Shown here one piece after another: positions 1-9,440 of a stretch of DNA of 64,000 nt. A model generated the notes under the pieces. The model had not been told where the DNA came from. It worked only from the letters and a program-made list of their open reading frames with translations, and did no database searches. Numbering within the stretch: the first letter of the stretch is position 1; every line of letters starts with the position of its first letter. The translations under genes were made by a program, and so were the position numbers. Source of the stretch: Candidatus Marinacidobacterales bacterium (GTDB lineage Bacteria > Acidobacteriota > Vicinamibacteria > Marinacidobacterales > SMYC01); the NCBI GenBank assembly GCA_965224085.1, contig CBDCYI010000004.1:1184001-1248000 (forward strand). The letters are read 5' to 3'.

Positions 1-1
1 C

Positions 2-1366
2 GACCTGCCCTACCCCGGGTTCGCGGTGCGCAATGCCGGTGTTTATGGTCGGGGCGATGCGCCTCGCGACGACGCGGCGAATATCGATGCCGGTTGGTAC
101 GCCCAGGTAGTCAAGCGCGGGTATCGTCCACTCGGGGTTCCCACCGACGGTGATCTCTCGCATACGGTGTGTGACGAGCGCCGCTTCGGATGCTTGTCCG
201 GCCCCTACGAACCCTGCCACCGCTGGCGCTGCGCCCATCGCAAATCCGCCAAGCCCGACGGTCTCGACGATCGTCGAATCACCCATGTCCGGGTTGGCGT
301 CGACCTCGCTGAACCCCGGGAAGTACAGGCCCTGCGGCATCTCCACGGGTGCTGTGAACCACTCATCGCCGGTGCCACTCACTCGGATGCCAAAATCGGT
401 ACCGTTTCTGGACATGGCGGTCACCACCGTGCTCGCCTCGATACCGCGCACCGGATCCATCATCGCCTTGCTGAGCACCATCGCGATATTGAGGAAGAAC
501 TGGTCGTTGCCAGCGATGAACGTCAGTGCTTGCGCGAGCGTTTCGCTATCGTTACAACGCCGCGCCAGCGCGGGCGCCAATGCTCGCAACAGCAGTCCCG
601 TGCAGGCAACGTTTCGCTGGTGCATCTCATCACCCATCCCGAGACCGCGGGCCACCAGGTTCTTGACTGGGACGCCCCCCATGTCACGCAAAGCATCGCC
701 CAACACCGGACCGAGCACGTCACGCAGCCACGCGAGCCGGCTGAGGACATCCGCGTCGTTGCCACCGAAGCGCATGACTTTTCCCAGGCCTTCGTTGATC
801 GTGCAATACGCACGGTTGCCGAACGCACGGTTCTCTACAACCATCACTGGCTGGGACATCGTGGTCAGACCGGTCATCGGTCCAACGGCGGCAAAGTGAT
901 GGTTGGGCTGAAAGTCGAAAGCACCGCGCGCCGCCATGCGGTCCGCCGCGGCCAGGTCCTCCGCCCAGCCCTCGAAAACCGCGACCCCGGCCACCGCACC
1001 CCGCATCGGCCCGCACATACGCTGCCAGTCGATTGGCGGGCCGGCATGCAGGATCATTTGCGGCCCCAGCCCGGCAATGCATTCAGTCGCCGGCACGACA
1101 TCGATCAGCACCGGGTCGGAAGCGAGGATGCGCTGCAATGCCTCCCGATTGGCCGTCTCGACGCGCGAACTCAGGCCGCTCGCCGACACGTCATCGAGCT
1201 TCCCGAGCAGCGACGCCAGCTCCGGATCGCCACCAGCGGGCGGAGCCCAGTCCACGTGCACCACATCGACACCGAGCTCTGACAGGTCACTGGCGAACGC
1301 TTCGAGACCCACGTTGATGACGCCGGTTACCTGATCGAGGCGTTTACGATCTGGCGGTTTCGACAT
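2..1366 (-). CDS. DUF1116/YlbE (AllG-like, oxamate carbamoyltransferase subunit) protein with N-terminal FdrA-tail-like segment; runs off window start
   Basis: Manual minus-strand translation from ATG at 1366: MSKPPDRKRLDQVTGVINVGLEAF...VVHVDWAPPAGGD...ILHAGPPIDWQRMCGPMRGA...PNHHFAAVGPMTG...MGDEMHQRN...DANPDMGDS...INTGIAHREPGVGQV. Absent from the ORF track because there is no stop within the window. Confidence 0.85.
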   Translation of the reverse strand, partial: MSKPPDRKRLDQVTGVINVGLEAFASDLSELGVDVVHVDWAPPAGGDPELASLLGKLDDVSASGLSSRVETANREALQRILASDPVLIDVVPATECIAGLGPQMILHAGPPIDWQRMCGPMRGAVAGVAVFEGWAEDLAAADRMAARGAFDFQPNHHFAAVGPMTGLTTMSQPVMVVENRAFGNRAYCTINEGLGKVMRFGGNDADVLSRLAWLRDVLGPVLGDALRDMGGVPVKNLVARGLGMGDEMHQRNVACTGLLLRALAPALARRCNDSETLAQALTFIAGNDQFFLNIAMVLSKAMMDPVRGIEASTVVTAMSRNGTDFGIRVSGTGDEWFTAPVEMPQGLYFPGFSEVDANPDMGDSTIVETVGLGGFAMGAAPAVAGFVGAGQASEAALVTHRMREITVGGNPEWTIPALDYLGVPTGIDIRRVVARRIAPTINTGIAHREPGVGQV

Positions 1367-1378
1367 GGGCGCGACGGC

Positions 1379-2635
1379 TCAGCTCGGCTGTTCGTAGGCG
1401 GCGTAGGCGGCATCCACCGCCGCACCAGGGCTCGAAGTATAGTGCTGCCGACGGAGCACGGCTTCCAGTGCAGTAAGACAGCGCAATACGCTCGTTCGGC
1501 GACACACGTGACCCATCGTACCGATCCGCCAGATCTTGCCGTGCAACGGGCCGAACGAGGTGCCGATCTCGATACCGAAATCCTCCAGCATTTCGGTTCG
1601 CAGCCGATCACCGTCGATGCCATCTGGAATCACTACGCCGGTCACGTTCGCCATCCGCGCACCCGGGTCGCCGTATAGTTGCAGGTCCATGGCCTCGAGA
1701 CCGGCACGCAACGCGCGACCGGTAACGGCGTGTCTCTGAAACCCCTGCTCCAGACCCTCGGCCAATACTACGCGGGCGCACTCGCGCGCTGCGTAGAGCA
1801 TGCTGGTCGCCTCGGTGTGGTGATTCAGGCGTGTCGGCGACCAGTAGTCCATCAGCATCGGCAGGTCGAAATAGTTCGAGCGTATACGGGCCCCTGCAGC
1901 GTCCCGGGCTCCTTGCGGGCGAATGCCGAGTTCGATGTGTTTACGCGTATTGACGACGTCCGCCACGCGTTCATTGAAAGTGACCGGCGCAGAACCCGGG
2001 GGGCCTGACATGCATTTCTGCAATCCGGCGGTCACCGCATCGAGCTGCCACGCATCGACTTCCAGCGGATTGCCACCGAGCGTCGCCGTGGCGTCAACGT
2101 AAACCACGACATCCGCGTCATGACAATACGCCCCGATTTCGGCGAGCGGCTGCGCCATGGTCGTCGAGGTGTCACCATGAACCATCGCCAGTACGTTGGG
2201 CCGATGTCGACGCACCGCGTCGGCGATCTGGTCGGGCTCGAACACGCTCCCCCACTCGGTTTCGATCGATTCGACGCGCGCGTCATAGCGCGCCGCGATC
2301 TCCATCAGCAAGTGCCCGAAACGCCCGAACACCGGCACCAGCACCGTATCCCCCGGCGTGATCAGGGATGCCAGACAGGCTTCGATACCGGCTCTGGCCG
2401 TGCCGTCGACCAAAAGCGTCCACTGATTGTCGGTACGAAACACCTGCCGGTACAACACCATGACCTCGTTCATGTAGGCGGTAAACTGTGGGTCGAACTG
2501 ACCCAGCATGGGTGTTGCCATGGCACGCAATACCGGCGGATAGACGTCGACCGGACCCGGACCCATCAGCAGTCTTGGTGGCGGGTCCAGAGCGTCGAAA
2601 AGGGCGGGGGTCCGACTGCTCGTCATGTCATCCAT
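1379..2635 (-). CDS. PLP-dependent alanine-glyoxylate aminotransferase family, PucG/ureidoglycine-glyoxylate transaminase-like
   Basis: LLMGPGP, VHGDTSTT, GLQKCMSGPPG (PLP lysine), RLNHHTEATSMLY, EIGTSFGPLHGKIWRIGTMG. Start trimmed to ATG 2635. Confidence 0.85.
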   Translation of the reverse strand: MDDMTSSRTPALFDALDPPPRLLMGPGPVDVYPPVLRAMATPMLGQFDPQFTAYMNEVMVLYRQVFRTDNQWTLLVDGTARAGIEACLASLITPGDTVLVPVFGRFGHLLMEIAARYDARVESIETEWGSVFEPDQIADAVRRHRPNVLAMVHGDTSTTMAQPLAEIGAYCHDADVVVYVDATATLGGNPLEVDAWQLDAVTAGLQKCMSGPPGSAPVTFNERVADVVNTRKHIELGIRPQGARDAAGARIRSNYFDLPMLMDYWSPTRLNHHTEATSMLYAARECARVVLAEGLEQGFQRHAVTGRALRAGLEAMDLQLYGDPGARMANVTGVVIPDGIDGDRLRTEMLEDFGIEIGTSFGPLHGKIWRIGTMGHVCRRTSVLRCLTALEAVLRRQHYTSSPGAAVDAAYAAYEQPS

Positions 2636-2901
2636 AGCAAACGATCCCACCACAATCCGCGCGATACTGTCCAGTGACGTTACCAGGCGCATCGTGCCAC
2701 GCAACAGCGACGCACATCGCAGCGATGTCCACGTTGTGAACCTATCCGCCCCTCGCGTCGGACTGTGGAGCGGCCGGGTTGGTCGGCAGTGACGACGACA
2801 ACTCTGCCGGGAACCGGCTGCCATCACAGTGTAGCGCGTGCACGCGTTGTGCGCTTCCCGATACTCTTCCGGGATGAGACTCTGTTCAGCAGCGCGAGTG
2901 G

Positions 2902-3339
2902 CAGAACCGCGGCTGCAGTTTTGCGCTGGACAAGCACTCGCTGAATGAGCTCAAACCGCGCCGCCGGCCGTTTCACACCATTCAACCTCCACTCGCGCTG
3001 CTGAACGACGGGCGTACCCTGGTGTTCGGCACTATGGGTGGTGACGGCCAGCCTCAGACGCAAGCGGTAGTGTTCACTCGTCACGTGCTCTACGGCCAGG
3101 AGTTGCAAGCAGCGATCACCGCACCGCGCTGGCTGCTGGGGCGGACCTGGGGAACCGAAATCACCCGTCTGAGGATGGAGAGTCGTTTCGACGTAGATCT
3201 CATCGATCGGCTTCGCGACGCTGGTCACGACATCGAAGTCGTGGGCCCGTACGACGAGTTGATGGGCCATGCCGACGCCGTGGTGCACCATCCGTCCGGT
3301 CTTCTGGAAGGCGCGTCCGATCCACGCAGGCGATGGTGA
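2902..3339 (+). pseudogene. C-terminal remnant of gamma-glutamyltransferase family protein (HpxW/oxamate amidohydrolase-like)
   Basis: QNRGCSFALD...LKPRRRPFHTIQP...FGTMGGDGQPQTQA...APRWLLGRTWG...MGHA...GASDPR. The N-terminal part of a full-length GGT is absent. Confidence 0.75.
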
Positions 3340-3390
3340 AGCGGCTGGCTTCTAGCGGACCAGCATGCGACAAATCTGTGCATCACGACC

Positions 3391-4746
3391 TCAACGAATC
3401 AAGTAGAACGACTCCTGTCGCGGTCGGAAGAATATGTAGCCGGATTCGGTCAGGTAGGCAGGGTCCTCGTGCATCACGAACACTTCCTTCCCGTTCCATT
3501 CCGGAACCGGAGTTCTCGTGTTGAGCTCGATGGACATGTAAGAGCCGTTTCGAAGCCGCTTGGCGAGCCGGTCCCGGCGGTCGCGCTGGACACTGCGGAA
3601 GTCGATCCCGGCACCCATGCCGTGGCCATGATTGCCGAGAGGATGGCTGTAAATCTGCGCGCGAATGCCCTTCTTCTCCATCTGTGCCATGGCGATCTCG
3701 TAGACCTCGCCCGCGGTGCGTTCCGGACGCGCGGCGCGAAGCGTGAGCGCATCCTGTAGAGCGTTGGTGTTGGCGAGCGCCCGCTTCAGTCCCGCGGGCG
3801 CATCGTCTTCACCCTCGCGCAGAACGTAGGCCATCTTTTGCCAGTCGCTGTCGAATCCCATGTAACTGATGCCGAAGTCCAGGTGCAGGAGATCGCCGCG
3901 CTCGACGACGAGGCTCTCGCTTGCCACCGCCAGAAAGCCGCGGGAAGTCGCGTTCGGCGTTTCCATGCGCTGAAGGCGAAAGTCGGGCTGGAACCAGGTG
4001 TCGACACCGTTCTCCCAGAGGGCATCATAGAGCCAGCGGCGCAGATCTCCGATGGTCGTCGTGCCGGGCGTGATCGCCCCGTTCGAAAGGGCGCGGCGCG
4101 CCAGCACTTCGGTGAGGTGAACGAGCTTCTCGTAGTGCTCTTTCTCTCCCGGAATCCGCGTCTCGAGAAACTCCTCGATGAGATCGGCGGCACTCGTGAG
4201 CTTGTCCGCGTCCGCCCCGAGCGCCTCGCTCAACAACAGGAACGTATCGTGCGTCAAGCTCCGCGTCATGCCCCGCCGGCCACCGATGCCCACCGCAACC
4301 TTTTCCGGTCGATACGTCTCGTTGAGCGCCGCCAGCACCTCTTCCGAGGGACGCGGCTCGTCCGGGTTTGGCGTAAAGCGAGCCTGCTCGAAGAAACGTT
4401 CGAGGTTCTCCTCCCAGAAGCCAGTCAAGGCGACCCGCTTCAGACCATCGTCACCGGCATCGATGAAGACGAAGATATCGCGGCCTCCCGCGTACGGTCG
4501 TGGTGGAGCGACGTACTCGGTGAGCGGATCGTCATGGAACTCCTCGTTCACCACGATCCACATACCGATGCCGTGCCGGCGCATCATGGGCAGGAGCATC
4601 TCGTAACGCTCGACGAGCCATCCCTCGCGCACCGCCATCTGCTCGGACCAGCTGAGAAGAGCCGGCTCCGTCTGTGACCGGGCGGCGGTTACACCAAGAA
4701 GCGAAAAAAGGAAGGCGGCGACGGCGACGGGGCTGCGAGGGGACAT
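3391..4746 (-). CDS. M24 family metallopeptidase (Xaa-Pro peptidase-like), signal peptide
   Basis: 451 aa ORF with hydrophobic N-terminus; pita-bread ligands HLDFG..DSDWQ, HPLGNHGH, IELN, HED. Confidence 0.85.
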   Translation of the reverse strand: MSPRSPVAVAAFLFSLLGVTAARSQTEPALLSWSEQMAVREGWLVERYEMLLPMMRRHGIGMWIVVNEEFHDDPLTEYVAPPRPYAGGRDIFVFIDAGDDGLKRVALTGFWEENLERFFEQARFTPNPDEPRPSEEVLAALNETYRPEKVAVGIGGRRGMTRSLTHDTFLLLSEALGADADKLTSAADLIEEFLETRIPGEKEHYEKLVHLTEVLARRALSNGAITPGTTTIGDLRRWLYDALWENGVDTWFQPDFRLQRMETPNATSRGFLAVASESLVVERGDLLHLDFGISYMGFDSDWQKMAYVLREGEDDAPAGLKRALANTNALQDALTLRAARPERTAGEVYEIAMAQMEKKGIRAQIYSHPLGNHGHGMGAGIDFRSVQRDRRDRLAKRLRNGSYMSIELNTRTPVPEWNGKEVFVMHEDPAYLTESGYIFFRPRQESFYLIR

Positions 4747-5375
4747 CAGGACGTACCGGACGACAGCGAGTCCAGCTCGACCTTCGGTTGGAAGCCTCGG
4801 CCGGTGACACCCGCCGTAGGAGAGGCAAACCCTGGTCCGGTCCGGAAGTCACCGAGCGTCGCTCGTTCCACGCGTCGGTTCCGCAGAAGGTCGATCATCA
4901 CGCGGATCGCCTGCTCCCAATCCTCGGAAAGAACTTCCACGGAGAGCGTGAGGCCGTCGACGTCGAGCTCGGCGTCGAGTTGCGTGCCGAGGGATTCGAG
5001 CCGGAGCGACAAGGGCGGTGAGCCCTGCGAGTCGCTGGTCAGAACGCGCGTCAGCGCCTCCGAGCCGCCCGCCTCATCCTCTCTCTCGTAGAATCGCCCG
5101 ATCGGAATAGCCGCCGTCACCCGGACTAGTGGGTCGGAGGCATCCGCTATCACGTAGGCCCGAAGACCGCTCGCGGCCTCCAACCGGGCCGTTTCCGGAG
5201 CGGGAGGTCGAAACGAGCTGGGCTCGAAAGTGAAATCCCGCGGATGTGGCCAGTCGTGCTCGAGGAGAGGGCGCGAGTGACCGGGAAGTATCGTTGCTTC
5301 CTGCTCGCAGCTGACCAGCACAAAGGTCGCGACGCAGCAAAGGCCTGCCGAAACGATGAACGTCTTCAGAGTCAT
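4746..5375 (-). pseudogene. Truncated M16 (insulinase-like) peptidase subunit, possible lipoprotein
   Basis: VLVSC lipobox-like motif; L..GLRAYVI..PLVRV...LESLGTQL...LSVEVLSEDWEQAIRVMIDLL resembles an M16 N-half; ends abruptly at 209 aa. An M16-like tail (ADDIARVARRYF..SNRVIA) lies just upstream at ~5372-5550. Confidence 0.55.
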
Positions 5376-5700
5376 GGCGAACTCGCTTTCCCCGGGTCGC
5401 TTCGCGTCGTGGCGATGACCCGATTCGATGAAACGAAGTAGCGGCGGGCCACCCGCGCGATGTCGTCCGCGGACTGACGAAAGAAAAGCTCGATCGCCTC
5501 ATTCGGAAGGTCGAGCGCCGCGGCTACGAAGAGGCGGTTTTCCTCAAAGGACCTCCCTCAACGGGGTGTTGACCGGGCCGAAACTGCCGGGGATTGTATC
5601 CGCCTGCGAGGTCAGAAGCGAGGACCAGCTTGCCAGCACCAAAACCCTTCTCCCAGGGGAGAGGGAGCGCGCGCTCGAAGGGCATCGTGAACTCGTCGGT

Positions 5701-6495
5701 TCATTCGATCTTCAACACACGGGCGGCGTTGCGGTACACGAGCTTGTCGACCACCTCCGGCGCGAACGGATACTCGAGGAAGCGCTTCAAATCGTCGAGG
5801 GGACGAAAGGGGAAACCGCTCGCGTAAATGATTCTGTCCTGCAGGATCGTATTGGCAGCCTCGAAGATGGGCTCGGCTCCCGGCAGGAACTCATAGATCG
5901 AAGCTTCCAGATAGACGTTGTGGCGCCGGTAGGCGAGAGCAATGAGCTCGGTGACTTGCGGCCAGATCCCGTGCGAGCAGACGAGCGTCAGGTCGGGAAA
6001 ATCCTCGGCCACGCTGTCGACGCTCCCGGGCTCGGCCCATTTGCCCACGATGGGACCCATCGTGATGATGACCGGAACATCCAGCTCCACGCACTTCGCG
6101 TAGAACGGGTGCCAGATGGGATCGTCCGGCGGGCGTCGGGAGGAATGGGGATCGATAGAGATGCCCTTCATGCCGAGCTCGTCGACCGTACGCTCGATCT
6201 CGCGCAACGCCCTCTCTCCCTGGGTCGGATCGATTCCTGCGAATCCGAGCAGGCGTTCGGGATGCGCCTGCACACACTCGAAGACGTAGTCATTAGGAAG
6301 GGTCTTGACCGGCGTCTGACGGCCGGTAAAGACCGCGCGCGTGACCCCGGCTTCATCCAGCGCGTCGATGAAGCGGGACAGAGGCGCCGACTCCGGTCGG
6401 GGACATTGAAAGAACCGCTCCCATGGACGGGTATCGGGATACAGGCCCATGTACTCCTCGGTGTTGGGGCGAGCGCGAAAATCGATGACTGTCAT
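5701..6495 (-). CDS. Amidohydrolase family (amidohydro_2-like) protein
   Basis: IDFRARP, LLGFAGIDP, GMKGISIDP, CSHG, NVYLE, RIIYASGFPF, NAARVL. Confidence 0.8.
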   Translation of the reverse strand: MTVIDFRARPNTEEYMGLYPDTRPWERFFQCPRPESAPLSRFIDALDEAGVTRAVFTGRQTPVKTLPNDYVFECVQAHPERLLGFAGIDPTQGERALREIERTVDELGMKGISIDPHSSRRPPDDPIWHPFYAKCVELDVPVIITMGPIVGKWAEPGSVDSVAEDFPDLTLVCSHGIWPQVTELIALAYRRHNVYLEASIYEFLPGAEPIFEAANTILQDRIIYASGFPFRPLDDLKRFLEYPFAPEVVDKLVYRNAARVLKIE

Positions 6496-6518
6496 GGATC
6501 TACTCCCTGAAACGGGGC

Positions 6519-7397
6519 TCACACTCGGAGTCCCAGGCCGTTAGAAAGATCGTCGAGCGCCGCCAGCGATTCCTCCAGCGATAAATGCCGATAGTCGACG
6601 TCGGCAATGAGCGCATTCACGCCCAGCTTCGCGTAGCTCTCGACCAGCGCCTGGCTCGGAACGATGGCGCGCCCGGGACGCACCACGAGCTCGACGTCGG
6701 TCATGGAGCGCCCGGTCTGTTCGAGCTCCCGTTCGAGACGCTCGAGCCGTTCCGCCAGGAGCTCCGGAGGCAGGTTCGAGGGTTGCCATCCGTCGCCCAC
6801 TTCCGCGACCCGTCGCAGCGCCGCGTTGCTGTGGCCACCGATCAGAACGGGCAGCCCGGCGCCGTCAACCGGCTTGGGCGACATGTCGAACGGGACGGGC
6901 GAGTGGAACTCGTCTGCCAGCTCGATGGGACCGGGCGCCCAGCAGGCACGCAGCGCTCGAATGGCCTCGGTCATGCGGCGGCCTCGCTCAGAGAAATCCT
7001 GGCCGCAGAGCTCGAACTCCTCCGCGAGCCAGCCAGCCCCGACCCCCAGCAGGAGTCGACCACCAGAAAGGCGGTCCAGGGAAGAGGCCATCTTCGCCAC
7101 GAGGAGTGTGGGGCGCAACGGAAGCACCAGGATGGAAGTGCCCAGGTGCACGCGTTCGGTGACCGCCGCTGCCCAGAGCAGCGTGGCGAACGGGTCGAGC
7201 CAAGGGAGATCGGAGGGCCAGCTCATGCGACCGTCCTTGCTGCCCGGATAACGGCTCTCGGACTCGAGAGGAATGGCGACGTGGTCGCTCGCCCACAAGG
7301 ACGTGAAGCCGAGTCGTTCCGCTTGCCCGGCCACCGATTCGATCGCTCGCGCGCCGGCCAGCGGCCCGGTGCCGGGAAGCATGACGCCAAACTTCAT
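6519..7397 (-). CDS. LLM-class (luciferase-like, probably F420-dependent) oxidoreductase
   Basis: AERLGFTSLWASDH, LGTSILVLPLR, LDRLSGGRLLLGVGAGWLAEEF, IGGHS..ALRRVA..GDGW. Confidence 0.85.
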   Translation of the reverse strand: MKFGVMLPGTGPLAGARAIESVAGQAERLGFTSLWASDHVAIPLESESRYPGSKDGRMSWPSDLPWLDPFATLLWAAAVTERVHLGTSILVLPLRPTLLVAKMASSLDRLSGGRLLLGVGAGWLAEEFELCGQDFSERGRRMTEAIRALRACWAPGPIELADEFHSPVPFDMSPKPVDGAGLPVLIGGHSNAALRRVAEVGDGWQPSNLPPELLAERLERLERELEQTGRSMTDVELVVRPGRAIVPSQALVESYAKLGVNALIADVDYRHLSLEESLAALDDLSNGLGLRV

Positions 7398-7462
7398 CGA
7401 ATCCCTGTTACCATACATGCCGCTCGTCTGTCGATGGGCGATGCCTCTGAGCGGAGCGTTCG

Positions 7463-8326
7463 ATGATCATAGACTTCCGAGTTCGGCCTCCTTTCAAAGC
7501 TTTCTGCGATCTTCATATTTTCCGTCCTCGCGAGCCCGAGCCGGATCCCGTCACGGTGAGCGGCCTTCGACTCGACCTGCCGTCCTATCGCTCGTTCGAA
7601 GAGAAATCCATCGCTTTTTTCCTCGAAGAGATGGACGAGGCGGGCATCGATATGGCGGTGGCCATGGGCCGGCAGTCTCCGCCCCCCTACGGATCGGTCC
7701 CCAACGAGGATCTGTCCGAGCTAGTGACCACCTACCCGGACAGGTTCGTCGCTTTCGGGGGCATCGACGGCTCTCAGGGCGAAGAGGCTTTGCGGGAAAT
7801 CGATCGCTGCCGCGAAATGGGTTTCAAAGGAGTGGCGCTCGACAACGGTTGGTGCGATCCACCTCTCTATGACGACGACGCAAAGCTGTTCTCCATCTAT
7901 CAAAAGTGCATGGAGGATGGTCTCATCGTGTCTCTGACCAGCAGCATCTTCGTTGGGCCCGATCTGACGTATTGCATGCCGGTTCACATCCAGAGAGTCG
8001 CCCGGCGCTTCAAAGAGCTCACGATCGTCGTGCCCCATGCGGCCTGGCCCTGGACGACCGAGATGTGCGGCGTCGCGTTCCAGAACCCGAATGTCTATCT
8101 CATTCCAGATTTCTACGGCCACATTCCCAACACGCCGGGTGCTACGGAATACGTTCGCTCGGCCAACTACTTCCTGAGCTACCGGATGCTCTTTGCCAGC
8201 AGCTATCCGGTACGTCCTCTCAAGCAGAGCGTCGAGCAGTTCAAGGACCTCGGATTCGAGTTCGAAGAGATTCGCTCCCGCTGTCTGGGTGAGAACGCAG
8301 CGCGGCTACTCGGTCTCGACGACTGA
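7463..8326 (+). CDS. Amidohydrolase family (amidohydro_2-like) protein
   Basis: MIIDFRVRPP, RFVAFGGID, GFKGV, VPHAAWPW, RMLFASSYP, NAARLLGL. Confidence 0.8.
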   Translation: MIIDFRVRPPFKAFCDLHIFRPREPEPDPVTVSGLRLDLPSYRSFEEKSIAFFLEEMDEAGIDMAVAMGRQSPPPYGSVPNEDLSELVTTYPDRFVAFGGIDGSQGEEALREIDRCREMGFKGVALDNGWCDPPLYDDDAKLFSIYQKCMEDGLIVSLTSSIFVGPDLTYCMPVHIQRVARRFKELTIVVPHAAWPWTTEMCGVAFQNPNVYLIPDFYGHIPNTPGATEYVRSANYFLSYRMLFASSYPVRPLKQSVEQFKDLGFEFEEIRSRCLGENAARLLGLDD

Positions 8327-8341
8327 CGTGCGGAGAGCCGA

Positions 8342-9409
8342 GTGAGCTTCGGACGTGCCCTGTTCCTCCTGACGGCATTCGCGGCGGGAGGTTGTGGGGA
8401 ATCGAACGAGGCCCCGGGCCGTCCGGATGGCTCTCCGCTCTGGGAGGAGCTGGCTCGCGGCGATCCGTCGTGGCGTCGGCTGGTCGAGGAGGCCCTCGTG
8501 GAAGGGGAGGTCGTGGTGCGGAGCGTGTTTCCGGAGGTGATCGAGATGGATCTCTTCCGGAGGTTCGAAGAGGCGAGCGGGATCCGCGTGAGCTACAGCC
8601 GCAAAGGAGGATCGGCACCGACGCTACAGACCTACCTTACCGAGGTGGCCGCGGGGCAGCACCTTGCCGATGTGCTCCAGCTCGAAGTGAGTATCGCCGC
8701 CAGCATTCTCAGCGAAGAGCGGCTGGCGGAGTTCGAGATCCCGAACGAGATCCACTATCTGGAACGCTACCAGGAGCGGGCTCCCGGAGCCCATCCGGTG
8801 GCTTCTCTGGGAGTCCCGATCGTCTACAACCGCAACTTGATCGGGGAGGAGGAACTCCCTGGTTCCTACGAAGAGCTCGCGCATCCCAGGTATAAGAGCA
8901 AGCTGGCGATGGGAAGTCCAGAGAACTCATCCAACGTCGTGGGCCTTTTGTTTCTCTGGGAGCAGCAGTTCGGCGTGCCCTGGCTCGAGTCGCTCGCGGC
9001 CAACGATCTACTGGCTACGGATCGAGAAGTGGAAGCTGCCAACTTCATCGCCCGGGGCGAGCGCCTTCTCGGACCCATGAGCCAGACCTCTCCGTCGGCG
9101 CAAATCGAGGCCGGTGCTCCACTGGGCTACCACTGGGTCCAGGGCACGAAGCTCGATTCCTACGTTGCGGTGGTCCCGGAGGCCGCGCCTCACCCGAACG
9201 CGGCGCGCCTGTTCGTGAACTTCGTTCTGTCCCCGTCTCACCAGCAGCGGCTCGCCGACAAATTGAGGGCCTTTCCCGTCGTCTCGGGCGTTTCGGCCCC
9301 GGAGGGATTCCCGGATCTGGAGGCGCTGGACCCGGTCTCTTTCGACGTCCAGACCTTCAACGAAAACCGTGAAAGAGTCATCGCGCTCTGGCGGTCCATC
9401 CTCCGTTGA
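8342..9409 (+). CDS. ABC transporter substrate-binding lipoprotein (Fe3+/polyamine/thiamine clade)
   Basis: AGGC lipobox-like motif; IVYNRNLI..LP.SYEEL.HP.YK, APHPNAARLFVNFVLS; directly upstream of ATPase and permease. Confidence 0.8.
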   Translation: MSFGRALFLLTAFAAGGCGESNEAPGRPDGSPLWEELARGDPSWRRLVEEALVEGEVVVRSVFPEVIEMDLFRRFEEASGIRVSYSRKGGSAPTLQTYLTEVAAGQHLADVLQLEVSIAASILSEERLAEFEIPNEIHYLERYQERAPGAHPVASLGVPIVYNRNLIGEEELPGSYEELAHPRYKSKLAMGSPENSSNVVGLLFLWEQQFGVPWLESLAANDLLATDREVEAANFIARGERLLGPMSQTSPSAQIEAGAPLGYHWVQGTKLDSYVAVVPEAAPHPNAARLFVNFVLSPSHQQRLADKLRAFPVVSGVSAPEGFPDLEALDPVSFDVQTFNENRERVIALWRSILR

Positions 9410-9440
9410 GGTCGCAAAGGCTGCAACGTAGCATCCACCT

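Noticed and set aside
26-1282. 418-aa plus-strand ORF
   Set aside because: Antisense shadow of the minus-strand DUF1116 gene; no motifs.
1379-2827. 482-aa version of the aminotransferase
   Set aside because: The first ~64 aa are unrelated to the family; ATG 2635 is more plausible.
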